A DNA stretch of 64,000 nucleotides from Deltaproteobacteria bacterium. GTDB taxonomy: Bacteria; Desulfobacterota_D; UBA1144; Nemesobacterales; CSP1-2. The notes under the pieces are model-generated. The model saw nothing but the letters and a program-made list of their open reading frames with translations, was not told the origin of the DNA and made no database searches. How positions within the stretch are numbered: the first letter of the stretch is position 1; the number at the start of each line of letters is the position of its first letter. This document shows positions 9,147-19,308 of the stretch, piece by piece. The translations under genes were made by a program, and so were the position numbers. Location: positions 160,001-224,000 of the forward strand of contig JBQTHB010000003.1 in NCBI GenBank assembly GCA_052390235.1. The letters run 5' to 3'.

Positions 9147-9842
9147 CTAGCCGTAGTGTTTCCCAAGCCGTCCGGCGCGGATGAATCCTTTTTTCTCGAA
9201 GAATTTGGCGAGCATCAGCCCGGCGACAAACCCCCCTATGTGCGCCCAAAAAGCCACCCCTCCCGCGTTGTCGGACTCAGCCAGAGATGCGAGACCGCCC
9301 AAGAACTGCATTCCGAACCAGATGAATAAAAACACCAAAGCCGGGATTTCAACCAGTTGTATGAAGAAAAATATCGGAACGAGGGTGAGAATCCTCGATT
9401 TCGGGAAGAATAGTATATAAGCCCCAAGCACGCCGGAGATTGCCCCGCTCGCCCCCACCATAGGGATTATTGAGTCCACATTGGATGCAATCTGCGCCGC
9501 CGCCGCTCCTAGCCCCGAGAGGAGATAAAACCCCAGATACTTGGCGTGGCCCATTCTGTCCTCGACGTTGTCCCCAAATATGTACAGGAATAGGACATTT
9601 CCCAGCAGATGAAGCCACCCGCCGTGCAGAAACATTGACGTAAAAAAAGGATAGATGCGAGCCGAAAGCTCACCGTCGGAGGAGAACACCGCCGCCGGCA
9701 CAAGCCCAAAATCCCCGATGAGGGCGTCAACATCGCTTCTAAGCGAGATTTCGTACAGAAAAACCACTACATTCAGGGCGATAATAGCCGTGTTTACGGC
9801 AGGGAAACTGCTTGAGGAGATTTTGTCCCGAAGCGGAATCAT
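9147..9842 (-). CDS. Rhomboid family intramembrane serine protease
   Basis: SMFLHGGWLHLLGN, GASGAISG, AHIGG motifs. Confidence 0.95.
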   Translation of the reverse strand: MIPLRDKISSSSFPAVNTAIIALNVVVFLYEISLRSDVDALIGDFGLVPAAVFSSDGELSARIYPFFTSMFLHGGWLHLLGNVLFLYIFGDNVEDRMGHAKYLGFYLLSGLGAAAAQIASNVDSIIPMVGASGAISGVLGAYILFFPKSRILTLVPIFFFIQLVEIPALVFLFIWFGMQFLGGLASLAESDNAGGVAFWAHIGGFVAGLMLAKFFEKKGFIRAGRLGKHYG

Positions 9843-9941
9843 CGTGCGCTGGGATTATACATCATCGGGTGTTGGAGTTCAAAGGATTTGGGGAGGCGAC
9901 GGCGGCTTGGAGCGATTCGCATCTGCCAGCGCCCGGCCGCT

Positions 9942-11456
9942 CTAGCCCAATCCTATGAGCGGACAGATTGTCAGCACGGCTATCAGCACAACGAAGTAGC
10001 CGATAACGTCCACGAGAAATCCGTATTTAATCATCCTCGTTATGGGAATCAGCCCAGAGCTATAGACAATGGCGTTCGGGGGCGTGGACACGGGCAGCAT
10101 AAACCCGAAGCTCGCCCCGATGCCCGCGGCAAGCGCCGGAATCGTGGGATTGATGCCCGCCGACATCGCTATGGCAATGATGAGCGGAATGAGCATATTT
10201 GCCGCCGCGGTGTTTGAGGTCGCCTCCGAGAGAACTATGGCTAGAAACAGCCCCAGCGCGGTTATCGAGACGAGAGAATCCGCTCCGGTAAAGCCAACGA
10301 GGGCATTGCCTAGGTACTGGGCAAGTCCGGTTTTGAACATCATCCCTCCGAGCGAAATCCCTCCGCCGAACAGGAGAAGCACGCCCCAGTCTATCGCCAT
10401 CGCGTCTCTTAGGTCAAGTGTAAATTCCCTCTGCGTCCAGTTCACGGGGAGTATAAATAGAAACGCCGACGCCAGTATCGCCGCAACCGACTCCGGCAGG
10501 GACTTATCGAAGAATTTGCAAATCCCGGAGTCAGCCCCAAAGGCGAGGCTCAAAAACCCCGGAGCAACCCAAAGCCCTACGGCTACGGCAAAAACGATAA
10601 GCACGTTTATCTCCCCGCGGCGCCACCGCCCAAGTATCCGCCTCTCCTGGCTTATGAACTGCGAGAAAACCCCAAACTCACTCACCGGAGCGGGGCAGAT
10701 TCGGCTCATGTAAAGCCACAGAAACGCGAGCATCACCGCCGCTATCGGCAGTCCGAGCGTCATCCACTGTAAAAAGCCAATTTTCACTCCGGCAAGGGTG
10801 TCGAGCATCCCAAGCGTGATGAGATTCGGCGGAGAGCCGACGGGCGAGGCTATCCCCCCGATGGACGCCGAGTACGCGACTAGGAGCATTAAGCCCGTGC
10901 GGTATTCCCCGCCTCTCTCGCGTAGAACCGAGCCTAGCGCCCCCAGTATCCCAAGCACTATGGGAAACATCATCGCCGTCGTAGCGGAATTGCTCACCCA
11001 CATCGAGACCGCCGCCACAACTACGACAACCCCAAGCATAATGGACGATGCGCTAGCGCCGATGAATTTTATCGAGAGAATCCCAAGGGCGAGGCGGCGG
11101 TCAAGCCCCTGAGCAGTCATGGCTTTTGCAATAATGAAACTCCCGAGCATTAGAATTACGACCGGGTCTGCAAAAGTGGCATAGACGTTTTTCGCCGAAT
11201 CCACTCCGAGCAGAACCGCAAGCGTGGGTCCCAAGAGAGCGGCAACGGGAATCGGAACGCACTCGGTCATCCAGCACGTTATCGTAAAGCACACGACGGC
11301 GAGCAGGGCTTGAGCCTCCGGGGTTATCCCCCCGATGGGAGCAAAGTAGCAAATCAAAAATCCCAGAGGAGCGAGAAATGTACCCGCGGTTTTGCGCGCC
11401 CGCTCAAATTTCTCTTCCGCTTCGGTTATTGTCCCTTCGGGGTTTCGGCGCGTCAT
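9942..11456 (-). CDS. DASS/SLC13 family anion:sodium symporter
   Basis: SMWVSNSAT, SPVGSPPN, SEATSNTA, FMLPVSTPPN motifs; many TM helices. Confidence 0.93.
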   Translation of the reverse strand: MTRRNPEGTITEAEEKFERARKTAGTFLAPLGFLICYFAPIGGITPEAQALLAVVCFTITCWMTECVPIPVAALLGPTLAVLLGVDSAKNVYATFADPVVILMLGSFIIAKAMTAQGLDRRLALGILSIKFIGASASSIMLGVVVVVAAVSMWVSNSATTAMMFPIVLGILGALGSVLRERGGEYRTGLMLLVAYSASIGGIASPVGSPPNLITLGMLDTLAGVKIGFLQWMTLGLPIAAVMLAFLWLYMSRICPAPVSEFGVFSQFISQERRILGRWRRGEINVLIVFAVAVGLWVAPGFLSLAFGADSGICKFFDKSLPESVAAILASAFLFILPVNWTQREFTLDLRDAMAIDWGVLLLFGGGISLGGMMFKTGLAQYLGNALVGFTGADSLVSITALGLFLAIVLSEATSNTAAANMLIPLIIAIAMSAGINPTIPALAAGIGASFGFMLPVSTPPNAIVYSSGLIPITRMIKYGFLVDVIGYFVVLIAVLTICPLIGLG

Positions 11457-11602
11457 CGGAGGGAAAAACTACACTAAATTGAGCGGGTTTACGAGAACGG
11501 CGCGGGGGATATGGAGAAATTTGCCATGAAGGTGGTTAGGGCTTACAATTTGAGTCGCTATTTGTCATTGAGCATTGGAAATTGGCGGGCGGCGGAGGCG
11601 AG

Positions 11603-12094
11603 GTGAAGTTCCAGAAATTGAGAGCCGATATTGCAAAGAAGCTCCGTCCGGTCAAGCTCGTTCTCGTCAACGCCAATGTGTTCCCCCGCAATGATGAGCA
11701 ATCCGCCCCCCCGCCTGAAATTGCCGAGATGGCGAGGATGGGGGTTCAAGTCTCATGCTTCTCTAATGGGGAAATCAATATTAGCCCGCAGTCGCTAAAA
11801 CGCCTCGGAGTTGAAACAGAGTGCGAGACTGCCGCCTCATCCCTCGAATTCTACACCGGCATTAAAGTATTGCTCGCCCTTTCGGACTCGCAAATCGCCT
11901 TTCTGGGGAGGGATTTTTTCGATATGCCGATAATCGAGAGAGCCGCATTCGCGGTTGCAACGGCGGACGCTGCGCTTGAGGTCAAAGCCAAATCCTACTA
12001 CGCCGCCTACGGGGTGGGAGCCGCCGCCCTGGGGGAGTTAGCCGATTTGATACTCAGAGCGAAGAGAGCAAGCCATAGCGGGTTTTCTAAGTGA
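11603..12094 (+). CDS. KdsC/YrbI-like HAD-fold protein with degenerate active site
   Basis: C-terminal IAFLGRDFFDMP..A..VATADA..EVK..S.Y....G.AALGELADLIL aligns by eye to KdsC; motif I DxDG replaced by NANV. Confidence 0.65.
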   Translation: MKFQKLRADIAKKLRPVKLVLVNANVFPRNDEQSAPPPEIAEMARMGVQVSCFSNGEINISPQSLKRLGVETECETAASSLEFYTGIKVLLALSDSQIAFLGRDFFDMPIIERAAFAVATADAALEVKAKSYYAAYGVGAAALGELADLILRAKRASHSGFSK

Positions 12095-12147
12095 AATCCG
12101 CGCGCCGCCGCCCGCAGTCCTCACAAATTTTCCCCTTACGCCCACTG

Positions 12148-12156
12148 TGATACAAT
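12148..12156 (+). promoter_or_regulatory. Extended -10 promoter, probably leaderless queG
   Basis: TGaTACAAT 7 nt before GTG 12164, no SD. Confidence 0.55.
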
Positions 12157-12163
12157 TCCCCCA

Positions 12164-13306
12164 GTGGACTCATATGCCCTAACCAGCGCCGTCAAGAATA
12201 AAGCCCGTGAAATTGGATTCGATACCGTTGGCATCGCTCCTGCCGGGGCGTTTCCCGAAAGCCAGTTCTACAAGGAGTGGCTAGCCCGCGGGTTTGCCGC
12301 CGATATGAAATATATGGAAAGAGAGCCTCAGCGAAGGGAAGAGGTGAGGAATATAATGCCGGAAGCGGTATCGGTAATCTCCTGCGCGATGAACTATAAC
12401 GCCCCTCTACCGTATTCGACGCAATCCCAAAGCGCGCTCAAGGGGTGGATTTCTCGCTACGCATGGGGAGAGGACTACCACGAAATCCTAGAAGCAAAGC
12501 TCAAGGAACTGGCGGCATTTATTAAAGGGCTCGCCCGCCGCGAGGTGAAATCCCGCGTGTATGTTGATACTGGTCCCGTGCTTGAGAGGGTCTATGCCAA
12601 ACACGCAGGACTCGGATGGATAGGCAAAAACACCTGCCTGATAAATCAGAAAATCGGCTCGTGGACTCTCCTCGGCGAGATAATATGCGACATTGAACTC
12701 GAATACGATAGCCCCGCCGCGGCGCGGTGCGGGAGTTGCACGCGGTGTATTGACGCCTGCCCCACGGGAGCGTTGACGAAACCCTATGAGCTTGACTCGC
12801 GTCTGTGCATCTCGTATCTGACCATAGAGAACAAGGGCCAAATCCCCGCCGCGCTCAGGGAAGGGGTCGGCAGAAATGTCTATGGGTGCGACATCTGCCA
12901 AGACGTGTGCCCTTGGAACAAGAGGGCGACAACCTCTGATAATCCCTCATTCCAGCCGCGAGAGGGGCTATTCCACCCCGACCTGTCCGCTCTCGCCGCT
13001 TTATCAGACGAGGATTTCAGGCGGATATTTAAATCAAGCCCGGTAAAAAGGGCAAAGAGGCGAGGATTTATAAGAAACGTTCTCGTGGCAATGGGAAATT
13101 CAGGCGAGGGGGAATTTATCCCCCAAATAATCGCCCTGCTGGGCGACGCGGAGCCTCTTGTGCGGATGCACGCCGCCTGGGCGCTGTGGAAGATTCAGGG
13201 GAGCGACTGCCGCGAGGCTCTGGCATCGCATCTTGGCGGGGAAGAGGATTCGGGCGTGCGGGGCGAAATGGAATCGCTTCTAGCCCGAATCCAGTCCGGG
13301 GACTGA
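12164..13306 (+). CDS. queG: Epoxyqueuosine reductase with C-terminal HEAT repeat
   Basis: SRYAWGEDYH, VDTGPVLER, CGSCTRCIDACPT, GCDICQDVCPWN. Confidence 0.96.
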   Translation: MDSYALTSAVKNKAREIGFDTVGIAPAGAFPESQFYKEWLARGFAADMKYMEREPQRREEVRNIMPEAVSVISCAMNYNAPLPYSTQSQSALKGWISRYAWGEDYHEILEAKLKELAAFIKGLARREVKSRVYVDTGPVLERVYAKHAGLGWIGKNTCLINQKIGSWTLLGEIICDIELEYDSPAAARCGSCTRCIDACPTGALTKPYELDSRLCISYLTIENKGQIPAALREGVGRNVYGCDICQDVCPWNKRATTSDNPSFQPREGLFHPDLSALAALSDEDFRRIFKSSPVKRAKRRGFIRNVLVAMGNSGEGEFIPQIIALLGDAEPLVRMHAAWALWKIQGSDCREALASHLGGEEDSGVRGEMESLLARIQSGD

Positions 13307-13314
13307 TGCGGCGG

Positions 13315-14061
13315 CTATACAGAAATCTCCATTAAATCCTCCGCCAAAATCACCTCGGCGGCGACGGCCCTGCGAATCTGGGGCAGAATATCCGACTCAT
13401 CGCAGATGGGATAGAGATGAGTTAAAACCACTCGCTTCACCCCAGACTCCTTAGCAATTCTCACGACCTCCGAGGGGGTGAGGTGATTCCTAGCCTTCAT
13501 CCCGTCCGGCAGGGAGCATTCGATGAGGAGCAGGTCAGCGCCCTCGGCAAGCTCGACTAGAGACGGGCAGTAGTCCGTATCGCCCGAATAGACTAGGGAT
13601 TTTCCCTCGGCTTCGATTCTGTAGGCGAGACTGCCCTCCGAATGAACGACCCTCTTGGCGGCGACGGTGAAATCCCCGAAGGAGAGAGCGCCCTCTGCGA
13701 TTTCACGGAGATTTAAACACTCAGGGTGTATCCAATCGCCATAAGCCTTCTCAAAGGCGGTAAAGAGCGTCTTTAGCCCCCTCGCGCCCCAGACCCAAAG
13801 AGGTTTTACTCTTTTTTCGCCGCGCGGATATTTAGTTGCAAATAGAAAAGGGATTAAATCCCCCGTGTGGTCGGGATGGAAGTGGGAGATAAATATGTGG
13901 TCAACCGCTAGGTAATTTGCCCCCACTTTCTCCAGCTTCCAAGTGGCGCCGGCGCCGCAGTCCAGCATGAGCGAGGATTTGGGCAGGGAGAGCAGGTACG
14001 CAGACGAGCCTCGCCGCAGGTATGGAACGCAGGTGCCCGAGCCTAGAATACGCAGTTTCAT
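13315..14061 (-). CDS. Metallo-beta-lactamase fold hydrolase, RNase Z/BN-like
   Basis: LGSG, DCG, SHFHPDH, YSGDT, HLT, LTHLY motifs. Confidence 0.88.
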   Translation of the reverse strand: MKLRILGSGTCVPYLRRGSSAYLLSLPKSSLMLDCGAGATWKLEKVGANYLAVDHIFISHFHPDHTGDLIPFLFATKYPRGEKRVKPLWVWGARGLKTLFTAFEKAYGDWIHPECLNLREIAEGALSFGDFTVAAKRVVHSEGSLAYRIEAEGKSLVYSGDTDYCPSLVELAEGADLLLIECSLPDGMKARNHLTPSEVVRIAKESGVKRVVLTHLYPICDESDILPQIRRAVAAEVILAEDLMEISV

Positions 14062-14087
14062 ATTCTCATTATATACCGCAGAGCCAG

Positions 14088-15644
14088 TTACGCCAAAGCC
14101 CTTTTCCTCTGGGATTGATGTTTTATCAGCGCCTCAATCCTCTTGGCAACCTGCTTTGAACCCTGAAACAGGGGTTTATTCCTGACCGATTCGGGAACGT
14201 CTATAACACTGAAGGCGACTCTAGCCGAAACTCCCGCGATTCTCAGGACATCGGACTGCTCAAGTTGGGCTTGAAGCCTGCCGACAAGCGACTGCGCCCC
14301 GCCCTTGTCAGCCTGCGCCACAATGTGATAGCTCGCCTCTTCTCCGCCGCCCGATAGATTGGGCAGGATAATATCCTCGGAGCGGATACAGTAGCAGAGT
14401 ATATTGCGAGCCTCCATCTGAGCGGCTTCGCTCAGCGCCCCGTTGAGGAGTTGCCGGTTGGACGTTCCCAAGCCGACGGTGATGAGGGCAATGGAGTCCC
14501 AAAGGCGGCTATTTTTTGTTATAAGGGGCGTGAGGAGGCGAGCTATGGAAAAAACGGGGAGCGTAAAATAAAACGCCGCACCGCAGGAATCTCCCCCCTC
14601 GAACCATATCCGCCCGCCCTGCTTCGATACCAATTCGCGGCAGGTTTCCATGGAAAATCCCAAATCGCCGGAGGTTTGGCGGGTATCGGCGCGCTCGCTA
14701 CTCGATGGGTCAGACGGAGGGGTTTTCATGACTGAGACGCAGATATAGTCTGGCTCGGAGCCTTGAATCTCGGCGCGGATAGCGACATCCACTCCCTCAG
14801 CGGAGGCGGCGCTTTGAGCCTCAATGAGATTAAACAGAATCTGCTTTACGGCTTTTGGGTCGCAGTAGCAGGCTGGCAGTTCGTCGGGAGCGCAAGAGGA
14901 CAAACGAAGCCGCCCTGCATCCGCCGAGGGATGAAGCCCCCCGAGCGCGTCGGCAATTATATCTCCAAGGCACACGCACTGTGGGACGCCCTCGATAGCG
15001 CCGGACACATCGGAGGTTGATTCCATAATGCCGCCCATTACGCTTTTGAGCCGGTTTACATTTTGCAGGGCAAGCTCCAGGTACGCGCGCTCTTCGGGGT
15101 TAATGCCGCCTCCCATGAGGGCGGTAATGAATTGGTTGAGTTGAGTCAGAGGGGATTGAATTTCGCGGGATATTTGGGAGAGAAACTGCTCTTTTGCCGT
15201 TATTTCCTGACGGCGGTTTCGCTCGAGTTCCACTAGGAACTTCTGCCGCTCGATGGCGTGGCTTATCGCGCGCTCAAGGAGTCTCGTATCAATGAGGCCT
15301 CTGATGAGATAATCCTGCGCGCCGGACTGAACGGCTTCGATGGCGAGAGTCTCGTCAGCCACTCCGGTAATTACCACAATGGGGATGTCCGGGGCTTTGG
15401 CTCTCGCCGAAATGAACGCGCTGACCCCTTCGGCGTCGGGGAGGGAAACATCGAGGAGGATTAGGTCAATCCCGCCGCCCGCAATGCGGCCCAAAGCCCC
15501 ATCGAAACGGTTGACCCATTCCAGAGAGAGCGATATGTTATTTATCTGCGTGAATAATTCGCGGATGTAGCGCGCGTCGTCAGGGCTTGCCCCCACCATT
15601 AGGACTTTCACTTTTGACCCCTTGCTCTTGAGCGTTAGACTCAT
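14088..15644 (-). CDS. Hybrid receiver/histidine-kinase-like protein with degenerate catalytic motifs and C-terminal GGDEF-like fold
   Basis: REC (DLILLDVSLPD, GAQDYL), HisKA-like (FLSQISREIQSPL), HATPase-like (KQILFNLI, GGRIW, FYFTLP). Confidence 0.8.
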   Translation of the reverse strand: MSLTLKSKGSKVKVLMVGASPDDARYIRELFTQINNISLSLEWVNRFDGALGRIAGGGIDLILLDVSLPDAEGVSAFISARAKAPDIPIVVITGVADETLAIEAVQSGAQDYLIRGLIDTRLLERAISHAIERQKFLVELERNRRQEITAKEQFLSQISREIQSPLTQLNQFITALMGGGINPEERAYLELALQNVNRLKSVMGGIMESTSDVSGAIEGVPQCVCLGDIIADALGGLHPSADAGRLRLSSCAPDELPACYCDPKAVKQILFNLIEAQSAASAEGVDVAIRAEIQGSEPDYICVSVMKTPPSDPSSSERADTRQTSGDLGFSMETCRELVSKQGGRIWFEGGDSCGAAFYFTLPVFSIARLLTPLITKNSRLWDSIALITVGLGTSNRQLLNGALSEAAQMEARNILCYCIRSEDIILPNLSGGGEEASYHIVAQADKGGAQSLVGRLQAQLEQSDVLRIAGVSARVAFSVIDVPESVRNKPLFQGSKQVAKRIEALIKHQSQRKRALA

Positions 15645-15713
15645 CTTCGCATTGCCCCCCTCTTATGAATATCTCTATTACGGATTTTGCCATAGGCTGA
15701 CACATCTGAAATT

Positions 15714-15729
15714 TGCAAAAGCCGTGCCA
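15714..15729 (-). promoter_or_regulatory. sigma54 (-24/-12) promoter
   Basis: Minus strand TGGCACGGCTTTTGCA matches consensus TGGCACGNNNNTTGCW, about 70 nt upstream of the 15644 start. Confidence 0.8.
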
Positions 15730-15941
15730 TATCGAGCTATCCGCATAATTTCCCACAATTTCGTCCTATTTTTTTATTTATCAGCGCCGCGAATTCTCAT
15801 TACTAAGCAAAATTTGTCAGAATTCCCCTCGGCGAGATTACAAAAATAAGACGCCGCATTGCCAATAGGGCAAATATTTTTTAGAATTAAACTCGCCGCG
15901 CATCATAGAAGTTGCGCCGAAGCATCGAACGGAGTAGCTAA

Positions 15942-16709
15942 ATGAGCCGAATAATCACCCTGACCACCGATTTTGGCATAAAAGACCACTACGCAGGCTC
16001 GATGAAAGGGGCGGCCCTGTCGGTTAACCCCGGCGCTACAATAGTGGACATTACGCACGAAATCCCAAAATTCGATATTTTATGCGGGGCGTTTTCCCTA
16101 GGGGAGTGCTGCCGCCACTTCCCCAAAGGGACAATTCACATAGCCGTGGTTGACCCCGGCGTGGGGAGCGCGAGGAAACCCATAGCCGTGGACGCAGACG
16201 GAGATATTTTCATAGGCCCCGACAACGGGATTTTCACTTTTATTCTGCGCGAGGCGAAACGGCGCCGGGCGTTTGAAATATCTAATCCTAAATTCATGTC
16301 CTCATCGGTAAGCCAAACGTTTCATGGAAGGGATATATTCGCTCCGGCGGCGGCGCATATCTCCTTGGGAGCAGGCATAGAGGATCTGGGCGGGATAGTC
16401 GAGAAAACCGCCGAGATTTCAATACCCAAGCCGCGAATCCGAGGGGGCGAAATCCTGGGCGAGGTGATTTACACGGATTCTTTCGGAAACCTAGTTACGA
16501 ATATTCCATCCATCGCCATCCCCAGGGGCGCGAGGATTTACGCAGGCGACTCGCCGGCTCTTATAGAAGGGGTGTCAAAATCCTACGCCGAGGTCGGCAG
16601 GGGCGAATTACTCGCAATTATCGGAAGCGGCGGCTTTCTCGAAATCTCGGTGAATCAGGGCAGGGCGTCCGATGTGATAGGGGGCAAATCCATCAGGGTA
16701 TTAATCTAA
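15942..16709 (+). CDS. SAM hydroxide adenosyltransferase (DUF62, chlorinase/fluorinase family)
   Basis: LTTDFG, DITH, VVDPGVG, GPDNG, TFHGRDIFAP, DSFGN motifs. Confidence 0.93.
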   Translation: MSRIITLTTDFGIKDHYAGSMKGAALSVNPGATIVDITHEIPKFDILCGAFSLGECCRHFPKGTIHIAVVDPGVGSARKPIAVDADGDIFIGPDNGIFTFILREAKRRRAFEISNPKFMSSSVSQTFHGRDIFAPAAAHISLGAGIEDLGGIVEKTAEISIPKPRIRGGEILGEVIYTDSFGNLVTNIPSIAIPRGARIYAGDSPALIEGVSKSYAEVGRGELLAIIGSGGFLEISVNQGRASDVIGGKSIRVLI

Positions 16710-16773
16710 AACGGGCTCGGCGGCGCATATCTCCAGCGGAATCTATATTTCAGCTGAACGTAGCCTAAGAGGA

Positions 16774-16830
16774 CTAGATTCCCATTTCCACGGGAATGAC
16801 AATTGAGACCGCCTGTACTGAGCCTGCCTA
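16774..16830. repeat. Dispersed palindromic element fragments
   Basis: CTAGATTCCCATTTCCACGGGAATGACA and CTGTACTGAGCCTGCC between convergent genes. Confidence 0.55.
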
Positions 16831-16866
16831 ATGACTGGAGCAACAACCATTATTTCCCGCGCTAGA

Positions 16867-17235
16867 CTAATCCCCTGAGCGGATGCCCTGAAATATCAGA
16901 TGAGCGCAAATCCCGCCGACAACATCCGCAACCAAATCGAGCGGGTCGAAGGTTCTGCCGGCGGTGTAGGTTTGATGAAACTCGTCGCCGAATCCGTAGG
17001 CGGTCAAAAAGATGAGAGCCGCCGCCGCCATTGCCGCCTGACTTAGACGGATTTTAAGATTATTGAGCAGGTAATTAAAAATCGCGCCTAATCCAAAATA
17101 GATGAAAATGTGAATTAATTTATCTGGCAGGGGGGATGGGAACGGGAATTTGCTCGTCGGAATCGAGGATAGATAGAAAATAAACCCGCTGTAGAGAACT
17201 AATGCGGCGACTCCGACCCATGCGTTTTTCGTCAT
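16867..17235 (-). CDS. VanZ family membrane protein
   Basis: IFYLSS, DKLIH, YGFGDEFHQ, GR, DLVAD motifs. Confidence 0.9.
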   Translation of the reverse strand: MTKNAWVGVAALVLYSGFIFYLSSIPTSKFPFPSPLPDKLIHIFIYFGLGAIFNYLLNNLKIRLSQAAMAAAALIFLTAYGFGDEFHQTYTAGRTFDPLDLVADVVGGICAHLIFQGIRSGD

Positions 17236-17261
17236 TATATCTTAGATTGGAAACCGCTGCG

Positions 17262-17732
17262 CTACATTTTGTACTTGCCGAAACCCTCTGTGGGAATCCC
17301 CTCGAGGTTCTCGCCGGGGGTTTTCTCGGCCCTATCCTGTTTATTGGATTTGGCTATGACCTCGTCGTTGACAAAAATAGGAGAGCCAGTTCTGAGGGCT
17401 ATGGCTATGGCGTCGCTTGGGCGCGAGTCGAGAATATACTCTTCGCCGTCCCGCTTAAGGTGAATCTCGGCGTAAAATGTGTCGTTTCTCAAATCGGTAA
17501 TTTCCACCTTTGTTACCGCGAAATTCACGCTCTCAAGCATATTTTTGACCAAATCGTGGGTGAGGGGGCGTCCGCGGGGGGATTTTTCAAGCTCCATAGC
17601 AATTGAGCTTGCCTCCATAAATCCAATCCAAATCGGAAGCACCTTTTCCCCGGTAGCGTCTTTGAGGATAATTATCGGGGTGTTGGTAAATGGGTCTAGG
17701 GCGATGCCCGACACTTTCATCTCAAGAATCAT
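17262..17732 (-). CDS. Bifunctional nuclease family protein (DUF151)
   Basis: LPIWIG, RPLTHDL, DSRPSDAIAIALR. Confidence 0.93.
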   Translation of the reverse strand: MILEMKVSGIALDPFTNTPIIILKDATGEKVLPIWIGFMEASSIAMELEKSPRGRPLTHDLVKNMLESVNFAVTKVEITDLRNDTFYAEIHLKRDGEEYILDSRPSDAIAIALRTGSPIFVNDEVIAKSNKQDRAEKTPGENLEGIPTEGFGKYKM

Positions 17733-19051
17733 GCCTCGCCTCCGCCGGTATTAGCCAGCAATTCGCCTCGAAGGGAGTTGCGAAAGCCCTCGATGATTTT
17801 CACGCTGACGACCTCGCCTTTGATGCTTAAGTCGCCTGGGAAATTAACGATGCGGTTATGAGGGGTTCTACCCGAAATCCAGCTCGCGTCGTTTCGGCTC
17901 TCCCCCTCGACAAGCACCTGTTCCACCGCGCCTACTCTGCCGAGGTTGTTCCTCGATGTAATCTCGCGCTGAAACTCCTGAAGCTCGGCGAGCCTGCGGG
18001 TTGAGACTTCGTCCGGCACTGAATCCTCGAAATCCGCCGCCGGTGTGCCGGGGCGAGGGGAGTATTTAAATGAAAAAGCGCCGTCGAATCCGACCTCGCC
18101 AAGGAGCTTCATCGTCCACTCGAAATCCTCTTCGCTCTCGCCGGGAAATCCCACGATAATGTCAGTCGAGAACGCCATATCCGGCACGGCGTCCCTAAGC
18201 CTCGCCACGGCGTCCAGGTACCACTCGCGCGTGTAGGTTCGGTTCATCCCCCGAAGCACGCGGTTTGAGCCTGACTGCACGGGGAGATGAATATGCCGGG
18301 ACACTTTGGGCGTCGCGGCAATGGCGTCAATCATTTTCTTGGTTACATCCCTCGGATAGGAAGTCGTAAAGCGCACCCTGCGAAGCTCCTCAATTTCGGC
18401 CATCATATGAAGCAAATCGCCGAATTTATAGCCCTCAGACTTCCAAGAATTTACCGTCTGCCCAATGAGCGTAATCTCCCTGACGCCTTTGCGGGCGAGC
18501 GCGCGGGCTTCGTGGAGTATATCGGCGGCGGGGCGGTTTATCTCCTTCCCCCTCACGCGCGGCACAATGCAGTAGGCGCAAGTTTTATTGCACCCCTGCT
18601 GAACGGAGACGAAGGCGGTGATTTTCCCTTCTTTATGATACGGCTCGACGCCGAACACGTCTTCTATGTCGAGGGAGGTCTCAACAGAGCGGCGCCTCTC
18701 GGATTTAATTTCGTCAATTAACTGCGGGAGACGCGCAATTGCCCTGGGCCCAAGGACGAGGTCGAGGTGCGGCATCTTATCAATCAACTTCTCGCCGTAG
18801 AGCTGAGCCACGCACCCGGCGATGCCTATTATCACATCGGGGTTTTTCTTTTTGAGATGCTTTAGCCTGCCGATACTGCTGAACGCCTTTTGGTCGGCTT
18901 TGTCCCTGATAGCGCAGGTGTTGACAATGATAACGTCGGCTTGTTTGGGATTGTCCGTCGCCTCCATCGAAAGGGCAGTGCGGATTCTGTCCGAGTCGTA
19001 CTCGTTCATCTGGCAGCCGTAGGTCTCGAGATAAAGATACTTTTTCTCCAT
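17729..19051 (-). CDS. miaB: tRNA-2-methylthio-N6-dimethylallyladenosine synthase
   Basis: TYGCQMN, NTCAIR, GCVAQ, radical SAM CNKTCAYC, FKYSPRPGT, TRAM domain. Confidence 0.96.
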   Translation of the reverse strand: MEKKYLYLETYGCQMNEYDSDRIRTALSMEATDNPKQADVIIVNTCAIRDKADQKAFSSIGRLKHLKKKNPDVIIGIAGCVAQLYGEKLIDKMPHLDLVLGPRAIARLPQLIDEIKSERRRSVETSLDIEDVFGVEPYHKEGKITAFVSVQQGCNKTCAYCIVPRVRGKEINRPAADILHEARALARKGVREITLIGQTVNSWKSEGYKFGDLLHMMAEIEELRRVRFTTSYPRDVTKKMIDAIAATPKVSRHIHLPVQSGSNRVLRGMNRTYTREWYLDAVARLRDAVPDMAFSTDIIVGFPGESEEDFEWTMKLLGEVGFDGAFSFKYSPRPGTPAADFEDSVPDEVSTRRLAELQEFQREITSRNNLGRVGAVEQVLVEGESRNDASWISGRTPHNRIVNFPGDLSIKGEVVSVKIIEGFRNSLRGELLANTGGGEA

Positions 19052-19062
19052 TTCTGTAGTGA

Positions 19063-19091
19063 ATGTTAATCAGGCGTAAATACTAAGTCAA
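19063..19091 (-). promoter_or_regulatory. sigma70 promoter of miaB operon
   Basis: TTGACT-17nt-TAACAT, 11 nt before ATG. Confidence 0.55.
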
Positions 19092-19308
19092 GAAATTTTG
19101 GCGGGCGGCAAAGCTCGGCGCAGAGTAGAGAATTCAGGCGCGCAGCCACCGCCCCTAGGGGCGCAAATTAACCCCCGCGATAGCTTGCGAGCAATGAATC
19201 CGCGCAGTAGCCATTGAGGGCGTAATTCCTGAGGGATGGCGGCAACTTAGGAGCATTGAATTTTGATGCGGCGGCGCTCCTTTTGGGATGCCCCGCAGCG
19301 CAACCCCT

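Noticed and set aside
15942..16709. Halogenase (fluorinase/chlorinase) biosynthetic cluster
   Set aside because: Has the DUF62 hydrolase-type FHGRD signature and housekeeping neighbours
19115..19300. THF riboswitch-like GCAGAGTAG start
   Set aside because: The remaining consensus elements are missing and the orientation is opposite to the flanking genes
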